Shown: piece by piece, positions 40,296 through 49,447 of the stretch
Position numbering within the stretch: the stretch's first letter is position 1
Layout of the letters: the number at the start of each line of letters is the position of its first letter
DNA from: an uncultured Acidimicrobiia bacterium
GTDB taxonomy: Bacteria > Actinomycetota > Acidimicrobiia > Spongiisociales > JAENVV01
Length of the DNA stretch: 64,000 nucleotides
NCBI GenBank assembly: GCA_965363765.1
Contig: CBDTUI010000003.1
Location: forward strand, 1,103 to 65,102
Direction: 5' to 3'
Made by a program: the position numbers and the translations under genes
Notes under the pieces: generated by a model
The model's input: the letters and a program-made list of their open reading frames with translations, nothing else
Told to the model about the DNA's origin: nothing
Databases searched by the model: none

Positions 40296-41785
40296 TGAAA
40301 TCTTCCGTACCGGAACAGCGCTTGTCAGTGCTGGTCGACGAACCCCCGACTGGCGAATACGTCCTCTACTGGATGACTGCCTACCGTCGAACCAGATCCA
40401 ATTTTGCCCTTCAGCGGGCAGTGGAATGGGCCAGTGAACTTCGACTACCTCTCGTAGTGTTCGCGGCTCTACGAGTCGACTACCAGTGGGCAAATGATCG
40501 AACCCACGCCTTTGCGATCGACGGCATCGCCGAGGTGGTCGCCGCCTGTGAAGAACGGGTCGCTTGTGTGGCGTATTTGGAGCCAGACCCAGGCGCGGGC
40601 CGAGGTCTTCTCCGTCGTCTGGGCGCCAAGGCGGCAGTCATCGTTGGAGACGATGCCCCCGTCTTCTTTCTGCCCGCGGCTCGCCGGGCAGCCGTCGATC
40701 AGGTCCAATGCCGCTTCGAGGTAGTCGATCACAACGGACTAGTGCCCATGGGCGTCACTGATCGGGAGTTCCGGCGAGCGGTTGATCTGCGACGTTTCAA
40801 TCAACAGGTACTCCCCGACCATCTTGACGACGTCCCCGACGATGATCCGTTGGCCGGTTTAGAAACCGCCGGGGCATCCAGCTCCGTACCATCCAGTGCC
40901 GTACCAGCCTCGATAGCAGCCATCATGGCCGACTATCCATCAGCCCGGATTGACCGTGAAGCCGTCGGCGGATTGCCCATCGATCATACGGTGCTGGCCA
41001 CCCCGCTGGTGGGAGGCCAGACAGCTGCCGTAGCCCGATTGAAGGAGTTCGCGATATCCGGTTTATTGCGATATGACGAACGCAACCAGCCCGATTCCGA
41101 AGCTGAGTCAGGACTGTCGCCCTATCTGCATTTCGGTCACGTGTCCGTTCACCAGATCATGCAGACGGTTACTGACGCAGAAGGCTGGTCGCCAGCCGAG
41201 CTGAGTCCGACTGCCCGGGGCTCGCGTAGTGGGTGGTGGGGTATGTCGGCCCAGGCAGAGGGTTTTCTTGATCAAGTTGTTACGTGGCGCGACATCGGAT
41301 ATCGGGCTGCTCATCTATCAGACCGCTACGACGAGTACGAAGCCCTACCTGACTGGGCCAAACTGACCCTCGAAGAACACGCAGCCGATCCGAGGGAACA
41401 CATCTACGGGCTCGAGGAGTTCGCCAGGTCCGAAACCCACGATGAGATCTGGAACGCCGCCCAACGCCAATTGGTCGAAACCGGGCTCATGCACAACTAT
41501 CTGCGGATGTTGTGGGGGAAGAAGATCCTTGAGTGGACACCTCACCCGCGGGTTGCCCATGACATCATGTTTGAACTGAACAACCGGTACGCACTCGACG
41601 GACGTGACCCGAACTCGGTCTCCGGCATCCACTGGGTGCTTGGTCGGTTCGACCGAGCTTGGGGGCCGGAGCGAGAGATATTCGGAAAGGTCCGCTACAT
41701 GACATCGAATTCGACTCGGCGGAAGCTGAAGCTGACCAACTACCTCAACCGATACGGTCCAAAGTCGCCCACCGGGTCGAAATGA
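40295..41785 (+). CDS. phr: Deoxyribodipyrimidine photolyase, class II CPD photolyase
   Basis: The C-terminal FAD-binding region matches class II photolyases: WNAAQRQLVETGLMHNYLRMLWGKKILEWT…LNNRYALDGRDPNSVSGIHWVLGRFDRAWGPEREIFGKVRYMTSNSTRRK. The start overlaps the hydrolase stop. Confidence 0.85.
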   Translation: MKSSVPEQRLSVLVDEPPTGEYVLYWMTAYRRTRSNFALQRAVEWASELRLPLVVFAALRVDYQWANDRTHAFAIDGIAEVVAACEERVACVAYLEPDPGAGRGLLRRLGAKAAVIVGDDAPVFFLPAARRAAVDQVQCRFEVVDHNGLVPMGVTDREFRRAVDLRRFNQQVLPDHLDDVPDDDPLAGLETAGASSSVPSSAVPASIAAIMADYPSARIDREAVGGLPIDHTVLATPLVGGQTAAVARLKEFAISGLLRYDERNQPDSEAESGLSPYLHFGHVSVHQIMQTVTDAEGWSPAELSPTARGSRSGWWGMSAQAEGFLDQVVTWRDIGYRAAHLSDRYDEYEALPDWAKLTLEEHAADPREHIYGLEEFARSETHDEIWNAAQRQLVETGLMHNYLRMLWGKKILEWTPHPRVAHDIMFELNNRYALDGRDPNSVSGIHWVLGRFDRAWGPEREIFGKVRYMTSNSTRRKLKLTNYLNRYGPKSPTGSK

Positions 41786-41815
41786 GCGAGGCAAGTTTCA
41801 CCTAGGCTGCCTGCT

Positions 41816-43546
41816 GTGATTAACGCCACGCTGGCCGACCTGTTCGACGAACTGGCCGAACTGACCAAACTTGAAGATCAAAACCCTCAGTCGTTCCGCG
41901 CCAGGGCGTACGAATCGGCGTCGCGTTCGTTGCGTGAGCTGCAAGGGGATGTCACGAAGCTTACGAAAACGGAGCTGGTCGGCCTCAAAGGGATCGGCAA
42001 ATCGACGGCCGACAAGATCGCCGAGTTCCTCGACCGAGGTGGCATTGAGAAACTCGATCGGCTGAGAGATTCGTTTCCGCCGGATTACCGGCAAATGGTG
42101 AAGATCCCCGGCCTCGGTGCAAAGACCGCCGCCAAATTACGTGACGAACTTGGCGTCGATTCAGTGGAGAAGCTGACCGAGGCCATCGCCGGAGAGAAAT
42201 TGCGTGACGTTGCCGGCCTGGGGGCCAAGACTGAAGCGAAGCTTGCGAAGGCAATCGGTCGTCTTGGCATATCTGGGAAAGATCGGCGAACACCAATTGC
42301 CGAAGCCGTTCCGGTCGCCGAACGGGTGGCCGACGAACTCCGAAGCGTGGCGGGGGTCGTCGAGGTAAAAGTCTGCGGCAGCCTTCGCCGGCTACGCGAC
42401 ACGGTCGCAGATGTTGACATCCTCGTGGCCAGCTCAACCCCGCAAGTGGTCGCCAACCGGGTCAGGGATCTTCCTGTCGTCGGGGAGATAATTGCTGACG
42501 GTGACACCAAGGTTGCCTTTCTCACCCACGCTGGATTGCAGATCGATGTTCGGGTGATCGCCCCAGAGTCTTTCGGTGCCGCCATCATGTACTTCACCGG
42601 GTCCAAGGCACATAACATTGCGCTGCGGCAACGGGCCATCAGCCGGGGGTGGACCCTCAACGAATACGCACTGGCCGACGCCGAAACGGGCGAGGTGGTC
42701 GCGGCGGCAACCGAAACCCAGATCTACGAGGCACTTGACCTCCCATACATCTCGGCCCGCCTGCGCGAAGACACCGGCGAGATAGAAGCGGCAGCCAAAG
42801 AACCTCTCTCTCTGGTGACGCTCGACATGATCCGGGGCGACCTCCATGTGCACTCCGACCTGTCTGGCGATGGAGAGGATTCGCTGATCCAGATGATCGA
42901 AGGTTGCGTCGAACGAGGCTACGAATACATGGCCATAACGGACCATGCTGAGGATCTCACCATTAATGGCGCCAGTCGCGCGCAGATGGTCGAGCAGCGC
43001 GGGCAGCTGTACGAACTGGCCGAACAATATCCGTCAATCCGTCTGTTGCATGGCACGGAACTCAATATCAACCCGGACGGCAACGTCGACTACGACGCCG
43101 AGTTTCTGTCGGGGTTCGATTACACGGTCGCTTCGGTCCATTCGCACTTTGATCTACCCCCTGAGCGGCAAACCATCCGGCTACTTACCGCCATGGGCAA
43201 CCCGGCTGTGAATACCATCGGCCATCTGTCTGGTCGAATGATTGGCCGGCGCCCCGGCATCGAATTCGACCTCGAGGCGATTCTCGAGGGGGCGGAGACG
43301 ACCGGCGTCGCCCTCGAAATCAACTCGCACCTTGAACGCCTCGATGCGACCAGCGATGTCATCCGAAAGGCGCGCAGCCGGAATGTACGATTCATCATTG
43401 ACACTGACGCCCATCGGGTGCGCGAGTTGGACTACATGCGGTGGGGAGTCCAGCAGGCTCAGCGGGGATGGCTCGATCCCGCCCAATGCGTCAACACGTG
43501 GCCGCTCGACCGCTTTCTCAGTTTTTGCACAAAGGAAACGAAATGA
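41816..43546 (+). CDS. polX: DNA polymerase X family protein with C-terminal PHP phosphoesterase domain (PolX)
   Basis: HhH motifs (GLKGIGKSTADKI; IPGLGAKTAAKL) and the Pol-beta nucleotidyltransferase region (GSLRRLRDTVADVDILV) are present. The PHP domain shows DLHVHSDLSGDG…HAED…TDAHRV. Confidence 0.88.
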   Translation: MINATLADLFDELAELTKLEDQNPQSFRARAYESASRSLRELQGDVTKLTKTELVGLKGIGKSTADKIAEFLDRGGIEKLDRLRDSFPPDYRQMVKIPGLGAKTAAKLRDELGVDSVEKLTEAIAGEKLRDVAGLGAKTEAKLAKAIGRLGISGKDRRTPIAEAVPVAERVADELRSVAGVVEVKVCGSLRRLRDTVADVDILVASSTPQVVANRVRDLPVVGEIIADGDTKVAFLTHAGLQIDVRVIAPESFGAAIMYFTGSKAHNIALRQRAISRGWTLNEYALADAETGEVVAAATETQIYEALDLPYISARLREDTGEIEAAAKEPLSLVTLDMIRGDLHVHSDLSGDGEDSLIQMIEGCVERGYEYMAITDHAEDLTINGASRAQMVEQRGQLYELAEQYPSIRLLHGTELNINPDGNVDYDAEFLSGFDYTVASVHSHFDLPPERQTIRLLTAMGNPAVNTIGHLSGRMIGRRPGIEFDLEAILEGAETTGVALEINSHLERLDATSDVIRKARSRNVRFIIDTDAHRVRELDYMRWGVQQAQRGWLDPAQCVNTWPLDRFLSFCTKETK

Positions 43547-46251
43547 CTTACCCAAGCGAATATGAATTAGACATTGTCCTACGGGATGGAGTCGTTGGTC
43601 GGTTTCGCCCGATCAAGTCGACGGATGCAGATTCGTTGGTCAAGTTCTTTGAACGACTCGGTACGCAGTCGCGTTACTACCGATTCTTCAGGGCCAAGGA
43701 ACGACTCACCGATGAGGAAGTCGAATTTTTCACCACGGTGGACTACCAATCTCGAATGGCTCTCGTCGTCTTCCATGAAGATGAAATGGTAGGAGTCGGG
43801 CGTTACGACATCGAAACCGACAACCCGACCAGGGCCGAGGTCGCCTTCGCCGTAGCCGATGACCAACAGGGTCGGGGAATCGGGACGCAACTGCTCCAGA
43901 TCCTCACAACCTACGGGCGCGCCCACGGGGTCGAATCGTTTCAGGCCTATGTACTGCCCGACAACCTGGCAATGATGCGGGTGTTTCGCAACTCTGGCTA
44001 CACGCTCACCAGGAGTCTCGAAGAAGGTGTTTACAACGTCGAGTTCCCGGTGAAACCATCCGACGATGCCAAGGCTGCTGAAGCGCGCCGCGAACAGCGG
44101 GCAATTGCTGCCTCGATTCTCCCGATGTTTTATCCCCGTTCGATTGCCGTAGTCGGCGCCTCCCGTACACCCGGATCGATCGGCAATCGCTTGTTCGCCA
44201 ATCTTCTGCAGGGAGGTTTCTCGGGGGTCGTCTACCCGGTCAACCCCCAGACCGAGGTAGTGGGGTCGGTCCGGGCGTACCCATCGGTAACAGCCATCCC
44301 GGGCAGCGTCGATCTTGCCATAATCGCCGTCCCATCCGGGGCGGTACTCGACGTGGTCAGGGAATGCGCCGAGAAAGAGGTCCGTGGTCTCGTAGTCATC
44401 TCTGCTGGCTTCTCTGAAGTTGGCGAGGCCGGGGCGGCGCTTGAAGCCGAGCTGGTCGACCTGGTCCGATCCGCCGGAATGCGGATGATCGGCCCGAATT
44501 GTATGGGCCTGGTGAACACCGACCCAGCTGTCAACCTGAACGCTACCTTCGCGCCGGTCTATCCGCCCCGCGGCAACGTTGCCATGCTGTCGCAATCAGG
44601 AGCGCTCGGAATCGCCATCCTCGACTACGCAACTCGCCACGACATCGGGATTTCTCAGTTCGTCTCGATCGGTAACAAGCCGGATGTGTCCGGTAACGAT
44701 TTGATCCTGAGTTGGGAAGAAGATCCGTCGACCGATGTCATCGTGATGTACCTAGAGTCGTTTGGAAACCCCCGAAAATTCGGCCGTATCGCTCGCCGGA
44801 TCGGTCGGAAAAAGCCGATCGTGGCCGTCAAGTCGGGACGTTCGAAAGCGGGTTCGCGTGCGGCGAGCTCGCACACGGGCGCGATGGCAAGCGCCGATGC
44901 GGCTGTGGACGCTCTGAGCGCCCAGACCGGCATGATCCGAGTCGATACGATCGAAGAGCTATTCGCGGTTGCCTCGTTGCTCGCCAACCAGCCACTGCCG
45001 GAGGGGCGTCGGGTTGGAGTGGTGACCAACGCTGGCGGCCCGGGGATCCTGGCAGCCGATGCTCTCGAGGCAACCGGTCTGGAGTTACCCGTCTTTAGTC
45101 CTGAGCTCCAAGCCGAACTGCGAGTCGGTCTACCCGCCGAGGCTTCAGTCACCAATCCGGTCGACCTCATCGCCTCCGCTGGGCCAGCCCAATATGGGCA
45201 CGTCGCCCAGGTGCTGGCTGCCTCAGATGAGATTGACGCCATCATCACCATCCACATCCAGACGATTGAAGGCGGTCCAGATGTGGGCTTGCCGGTGCTC
45301 GAAGCGGCCATCACATCTGGCAAGACGCAGCTGGCGGTTCTTATGGAATCGGGTTCGGGACGGGCCTCGATGCGCAGTGCGGCAATGACGATTCCGGCTT
45401 ACGAGTTTCCCGAGGCGGCTGCGAAGGCGCTGTCCAGGGCGGCGACATACGCCGAGTGGCGACGCACCCCATACGGCGATTTTCCGGCGTTCGACGATAC
45501 GGATCCCGCTAAGGCGAAGAAGATTGTCGCCGATGCTCTTGCTCGTCTTGGATCCGGCGGTGGTTGGCTTAGCGATGACGAGGTTCGGGGATTGCTCGGC
45601 GCGTTCGGGATCGACACGCCCCAGTCGTACGAAGTGCAATCGCGAGATGCCGCAGTTGCTGCTGCCGCCGAAGTGAAGAGCCCGGTGGCGATGAAGCTCA
45701 TCGCGCCGAGTGCGCTCCACAAGTCGGATATCGGCGGCGTTGTGCTCGATGTCAGTGGAGCCGACACCGTTGGTAACGAGTTCGATCGGCTCGTTTCGCT
45801 TGTCGACGACGCCGATGGCGTGCTCATCCAGGAAATGGTCCCGGGCGGGATTGAGGTCCTCATCGGAATGTCCGAGGATCCCTCCTTCGGCCCGCTGCTT
45901 GCGTTCGGAATGGGGGGCGTCTTCGTCGAACTCCTCAAGGACGTCGTGTTTCGAGTCGCTCCGATTACCGACCGTGAAGCCCATCAGATGGTGACTGGCA
46001 TCAAGTCGGCCAGGTTGCTCGATGGCTACCGCGGCCAGCCCGCCGGCGACAAATTGGCGGTCGAGGAAGCCCTCTTGCGGGTGTCAGCCCTAGTCGAGGC
46101 CGTTCCCGAGCTGGCCGAAATGGACCTCAATCCGGTGATAGTCCGCCAGCCTGGCGACGGCGTGATCGTCGTTGACGGCCGAGTCCGTGTACATCCAACC
46201 CGGCTCGGGTGGTCCCCGGAAGTTGCTGATTTGCCTTCAGTCGCCGACTGA
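43543..46251 (+). CDS. pat: Protein lysine acetyltransferase Pat-like: N-terminal GNAT fused to an NDP-forming acyl-CoA synthetase-like domain
   Basis: The N-terminus has a GNAT fold (…VAFAVADDQQGRGIGTQLLQIL…). It is followed by a CoA-binding domain (…RSIAVVGASRTPGSIGNRLFANL…), succinyl-CoA-synthetase-like ligase-CoA and ATP-grasp domains; the product is ~902 aa. The ATG overlaps the polX stop (ATGA) and follows an AAGGAAA ribosome-binding site. The GNAT-first order matches actinobacterial PatA-type enzymes. Confidence 0.82.
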   Translation: MTYPSEYELDIVLRDGVVGRFRPIKSTDADSLVKFFERLGTQSRYYRFFRAKERLTDEEVEFFTTVDYQSRMALVVFHEDEMVGVGRYDIETDNPTRAEVAFAVADDQQGRGIGTQLLQILTTYGRAHGVESFQAYVLPDNLAMMRVFRNSGYTLTRSLEEGVYNVEFPVKPSDDAKAAEARREQRAIAASILPMFYPRSIAVVGASRTPGSIGNRLFANLLQGGFSGVVYPVNPQTEVVGSVRAYPSVTAIPGSVDLAIIAVPSGAVLDVVRECAEKEVRGLVVISAGFSEVGEAGAALEAELVDLVRSAGMRMIGPNCMGLVNTDPAVNLNATFAPVYPPRGNVAMLSQSGALGIAILDYATRHDIGISQFVSIGNKPDVSGNDLILSWEEDPSTDVIVMYLESFGNPRKFGRIARRIGRKKPIVAVKSGRSKAGSRAASSHTGAMASADAAVDALSAQTGMIRVDTIEELFAVASLLANQPLPEGRRVGVVTNAGGPGILAADALEATGLELPVFSPELQAELRVGLPAEASVTNPVDLIASAGPAQYGHVAQVLAASDEIDAIITIHIQTIEGGPDVGLPVLEAAITSGKTQLAVLMESGSGRASMRSAAMTIPAYEFPEAAAKALSRAATYAEWRRTPYGDFPAFDDTDPAKAKKIVADALARLGSGGGWLSDDEVRGLLGAFGIDTPQSYEVQSRDAAVAAAAEVKSPVAMKLIAPSALHKSDIGGVVLDVSGADTVGNEFDRLVSLVDDADGVLIQEMVPGGIEVLIGMSEDPSFGPLLAFGMGGVFVELLKDVVFRVAPITDREAHQMVTGIKSARLLDGYRGQPAGDKLAVEEALLRVSALVEAVPELAEMDLNPVIVRQPGDGVIVVDGRVRVHPTRLGWSPEVADLPSVAD

Positions 46252-46455
46252 GACAAGCGACTTTCTCTGCCTGGGCGTGGTGCCGGCGAAAATGCCGTCC
46301 GCCTGGGCGAGGCCAACCATAAGGCAATCCGCTTGGGATTGGCATCCTTCGCAGATGGCGCGCGCCCTGGCGAGAGCCTTTCGGTCGCCCGAAGGTGGGA
46401 AAAACACGGATGGGTCCATACCGCGGCAAGCCGCTCGTTCTTTCCAGTCAATCAT
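46237..46455 (-). CDS. whiB: WhiB family (Wbl) transcriptional regulator
   Basis: The 72-aa product has the four-Cys Fe-S pattern C-x24-C-x2-C-x5-C (…AACRGMDP…ICEGCQSQADC…) followed by G[IV]FAG. Confidence 0.8.
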   Translation of the reverse strand: MIDWKERAACRGMDPSVFFPPSGDRKALARARAICEGCQSQADCLMVGLAQADGIFAGTTPRQRKSLVSVGD

Positions 46456-46679
46456 GGCGCCAGTTTGCCAGGTGGGATGGCCAGCCGTTCAGGGCCGTTC
46501 GGCCCCTCACGGGGGCCGTTGGTTGATGTTCGGAGGGGTCGGCCACCGGGTTTCGGACAGTTAGCCCCTCGGGGTGTGCCGTTCAGCCCTAGGAATGACG
46601 CCCTCCGAAGCCGTACGTTGTGCATATGACAAAGGTCCGCATCAATATTGGTGCCCGAGGCGAACGGAGAAGCTAAACA

Positions 46680-47141
46680 ATGTTTGTTTACTACTTCGCG
46701 AATGTCGGCCGATCGTGCGCTGACATCAGGGAACGGCTGTTCGGACTTGACCTTTCGGCCTGGGCTACTGAGGCGTACCGCAACGCTGAGTCGCTACGTG
46801 GCCGCCTGGTGGGTACCGACGATATGGCTTCCTCGGTTTCGTTGGAAGTGACCGAACCGATCCACAAATCGAGTCACACCCTTATGGCGATCGACTGGAC
46901 AGCAACCGGGCCAGCTGGCCTGTTTTCGGGTCTCCAGGGCGATCTGGTCGTCGCTCCCATCGGCCCGAATAGGTGCCAAATCAGCTTGCGTGGTTCGTAT
47001 CGGATACCAGCCGACGTCGACCGGTCGCTCTTTCACCGACTGACCGAGGCTTGTGTGAAGTCGTTTGTCGATCGGGTGGCTTCCGGGCTGGAACAGCCAG
47101 CGGCGCGTGGACTAACGGCTAGGCAGGCAAGCGGATCGTAA
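46680..47141 (+). CDS. Hypothetical protein
   Basis: The 153-aa ORF has coding-like composition and no recognisable motif. It is convergent with, and slightly overlaps, the GAF kinase gene. Confidence 0.4.
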   Translation: MFVYYFANVGRSCADIRERLFGLDLSAWATEAYRNAESLRGRLVGTDDMASSVSLEVTEPIHKSSHTLMAIDWTATGPAGLFSGLQGDLVVAPIGPNRCQISLRGSYRIPADVDRSLFHRLTEACVKSFVDRVASGLEQPAARGLTARQASGS

Positions 47142-48222
47142 CGGTCGTTCCAGTCCCTACCTGACTGCGGATATCTACCGAACCGCCGGCGGCGGCCGAA
47201 CGCTGGACGAGATTGTCCAGACCCATGCCGCGGTTGATGGTTTCCGGGTCGAACCCGATCCCATCATCAGAAATCAGAATTGTCAGGTTCGAGTCGACCG
47301 AGTCCACTGAGACTGTGATCGTTTCACTCTCGGCGTGACGGAGAGCGTTCGACAGGGCTTCGCTCACCAATTGTACGATCGTCTCGACCATCTGGGGTTG
47401 GACCATGGTCATCTCGGCGGGAATGACCAGTTCGACAGATGTGTCATATGAGGCGGATAGTTGTCCTATCAGTTCGGCTAGTTCGGTCTTGACGTTCCGG
47501 CCCGTCCAGACGGGCGGGCGCAACCCGAATATGAAGCGCCGGAGCTCTGAGATGGCATTGTCGAGGCGCTCGACCGAATCTGTCAGCATCGTTCGGAGCT
47601 CGGTGTCCTCAACACGAAGGCTCATCCCCTGGAGCGACAAGCCGACCGCGAACAGATCCTGGATGATGGCATCGTGGAGATCCCTGGCGATTCGTTCACG
47701 ATCTTCGACCACGGCGGTCTTGCGGAGGCGGTCTTGGAGGCGGGCCGTGCTGACTGCTGCGCCGGCCACGACCGAGAGCGATTCGATGAGATTTTGATCT
47801 TCGTCTGTAAACCCGCCGGGCTTCTCGGTCAGGTAGAGATTGCCGTAGACATGGGACCCGAGGCGCACGGGAACGCCGAGGAAGTTCGACATCGGTGGAT
47901 GGTTGGCAGGGAACCCAACCGAGTCGGGATGATCCTGCAGCCGCTCCATCCGGATCGTTTCTCGGGTTCTGATCAACGTCCCCAGGACGCCCCGCCCGGT
48001 TGGGAGGGGCCCGATGACTTGCGCCTGGCCCGGCTGAAGGCCGACGTGGAGAAACTCAACCAATGACTGATGTTGCCCGATCACGCCGAGGGCGCCGTAC
48101 TGAGCGCCAGTCATATGCATGGCTGCCTCGACTGTTTCATACAGAACGGCACGAAGGTCGGATTGGCCGACCACACTGGCGGCGGCTTCTACGAGGTCCG
48201 AGATCGGATCAGGGTAGGGCAT
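47119..48222 (-). CDS. Cytoplasmic GAF-domain sensor histidine kinase (HisKA_3 family, DosS/DevS-like)
   Basis: It has an N-terminal GAF domain, a HisKA_3 H-box (ERERIARDLHDAIIQDLFAVGLSL) and an HATPase_c (…SEALSNALRHA… DDGIGFD…GMGLDNL…). There are no TM segments. Confidence 0.82.
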   Translation of the reverse strand: MPYPDPISDLVEAAASVVGQSDLRAVLYETVEAAMHMTGAQYGALGVIGQHQSLVEFLHVGLQPGQAQVIGPLPTGRGVLGTLIRTRETIRMERLQDHPDSVGFPANHPPMSNFLGVPVRLGSHVYGNLYLTEKPGGFTDEDQNLIESLSVVAGAAVSTARLQDRLRKTAVVEDRERIARDLHDAIIQDLFAVGLSLQGMSLRVEDTELRTMLTDSVERLDNAISELRRFIFGLRPPVWTGRNVKTELAELIGQLSASYDTSVELVIPAEMTMVQPQMVETIVQLVSEALSNALRHAESETITVSVDSVDSNLTILISDDGIGFDPETINRGMGLDNLVQRSAAAGGSVDIRSQVGTGTTVTIRLPA

Positions 48223-48341
48223 CGCCGGAACACTACCCCGTCGTGGCCGCGGTCCACTATCGGGTTTTTGTGACTTCCTGCCCTACGGGTTTGGGGTCGT
48301 GCCTTGTCGCATATGCTGCACTGTGCCGGTAGGTTTAAACC

Positions 48342-49019
48342 ATGCCTACAAAGCTCCTGCTTGTTGACGACCACGAATTAGTTCGTAGGGGAATCCGCGC
48401 CTTGTTGGAATCCCAGGAGGACTTTGAGGTGGTCGGCGAGGCTGGCACCGTTGCTGAGGCTATTCGCCGGACCGGCTACCACAGTCCTGATGTTGTGATC
48501 CTCGACCTTCGCCTACCGGACGGGTCTGGTGTCGAAGCATGTCGAGAGATCCGATCACGGTGGCCCGAGATTCGAGTGCTGATGCTCACGTCATACGCAG
48601 ACGAAGAAGCGCTCATGTCGGCGATCATGGCCGGTGCGTCTGGCTACGTGTTAAAGCGGATTGACGGGTCGGCGCTCATCGAGAATATTCGCCGCGTTGC
48701 CACCGGCGAATCGTTGTTGGACGCTGAGATGACGGACAAGCTCTTTGCCCGACTGCGGGGCGACAGTCCTGCAGACCCGCTCCTCGCCCGCTTATCCCCG
48801 CAAGAGTCAAAGATTCTCTTTCACATCGCCGACGGTCTGACCAATCGTCAGATCGCCGAAGAGATGTATCTCGCCGAAAAAACCGTCAAGAACTACGTGT
48901 CGAATTTGCTCGCGAAACTCGAAATGAGTCGGCGGTCTGAGGCTGCCGCGTATGCCGCTCGACTCGCCGCCAAACAGGAAGCAGCTTTCCCTCCGGAGTC
49001 TTGGGAGGATCAGTCATGA
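48342..49019 (+). CDS. NarL/LuxR family response regulator (DosR/DevR-like)
   Basis: REC domain (LLLVDDHELVRRGIRALL… VVILDLRLPDGSG…) plus a LuxR HTH (LSPQESKILFHIADGLTNRQIAEEMYLAEKTVKNYVSNLLAKL). It is divergent from the GAF kinase. Confidence 0.88.
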   Translation: MPTKLLLVDDHELVRRGIRALLESQEDFEVVGEAGTVAEAIRRTGYHSPDVVILDLRLPDGSGVEACREIRSRWPEIRVLMLTSYADEEALMSAIMAGASGYVLKRIDGSALIENIRRVATGESLLDAEMTDKLFARLRGDSPADPLLARLSPQESKILFHIADGLTNRQIAEEMYLAEKTVKNYVSNLLAKLEMSRRSEAAAYAARLAAKQEAAFPPESWEDQS

Positions 49020-49447
49020 TCGTGGTCGGGGTCGACGAACAGTCGTATTCTGTCGCCGCACTACAACGGGCTGGCCAGCTGGCTGAGGCCCTCGGTGAGG
49101 AACTGCACGCGGTGTACGCAGTTCACTTGTCGCCCAACTTGCTTCAGGCGGTTGGAATCGCCCCCATCCAGATCGGGGCGATCGAACAAGCCCAGATCGA
49201 CGAAGTTTGGACTGTGACAGCCCCCGCCCTCAAGCAGATTCGAAGCAGCGGGGTCACTGTCCATGAGCATTCTGTGCGTGGATACCCACCCGATGTGCTG
49301 ATCGACTTCGCGGATGAACATGGCTGTGATCTCGCAGTTGTCGGGTCGCGGGGACGGTCCGAACTCGCCTCGTTCTTTTTAGGTAGCACTGCGCATCGCG
49401 TGCTGCATTTTGCGCATTGCGATGTCCTTGTCGTAAAGGAGACATGA
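49016..49447 (+). CDS. Universal stress protein (UspA family)
   Basis: MIVVGVDEQSYSVAAL… is followed by the ATP-binding motif …CDLAVVGSRGRSELASFFLGSTAHRVL… The start overlaps the regulator stop (ATGA). Confidence 0.82.
   Translation: MIVVGVDEQSYSVAALQRAGQLAEALGEELHAVYAVHLSPNLLQAVGIAPIQIGAIEQAQIDEVWTVTAPALKQIRSSGVTVHEHSVRGYPPDVLIDFADEHGCDLAVVGSRGRSELASFFLGSTAHRVLHFAHCDVLVVKET

Noticed and set aside
43441-43542. N-terminal extension of the Pat ORF overlapping polX
   Set aside because: It is in-frame upstream sequence without a ribosome-binding site. The ATG at 43543 has an AAGGAAA ribosome-binding site and gives the conserved GNAT N-terminus, overlapping the polX stop by ATGA.
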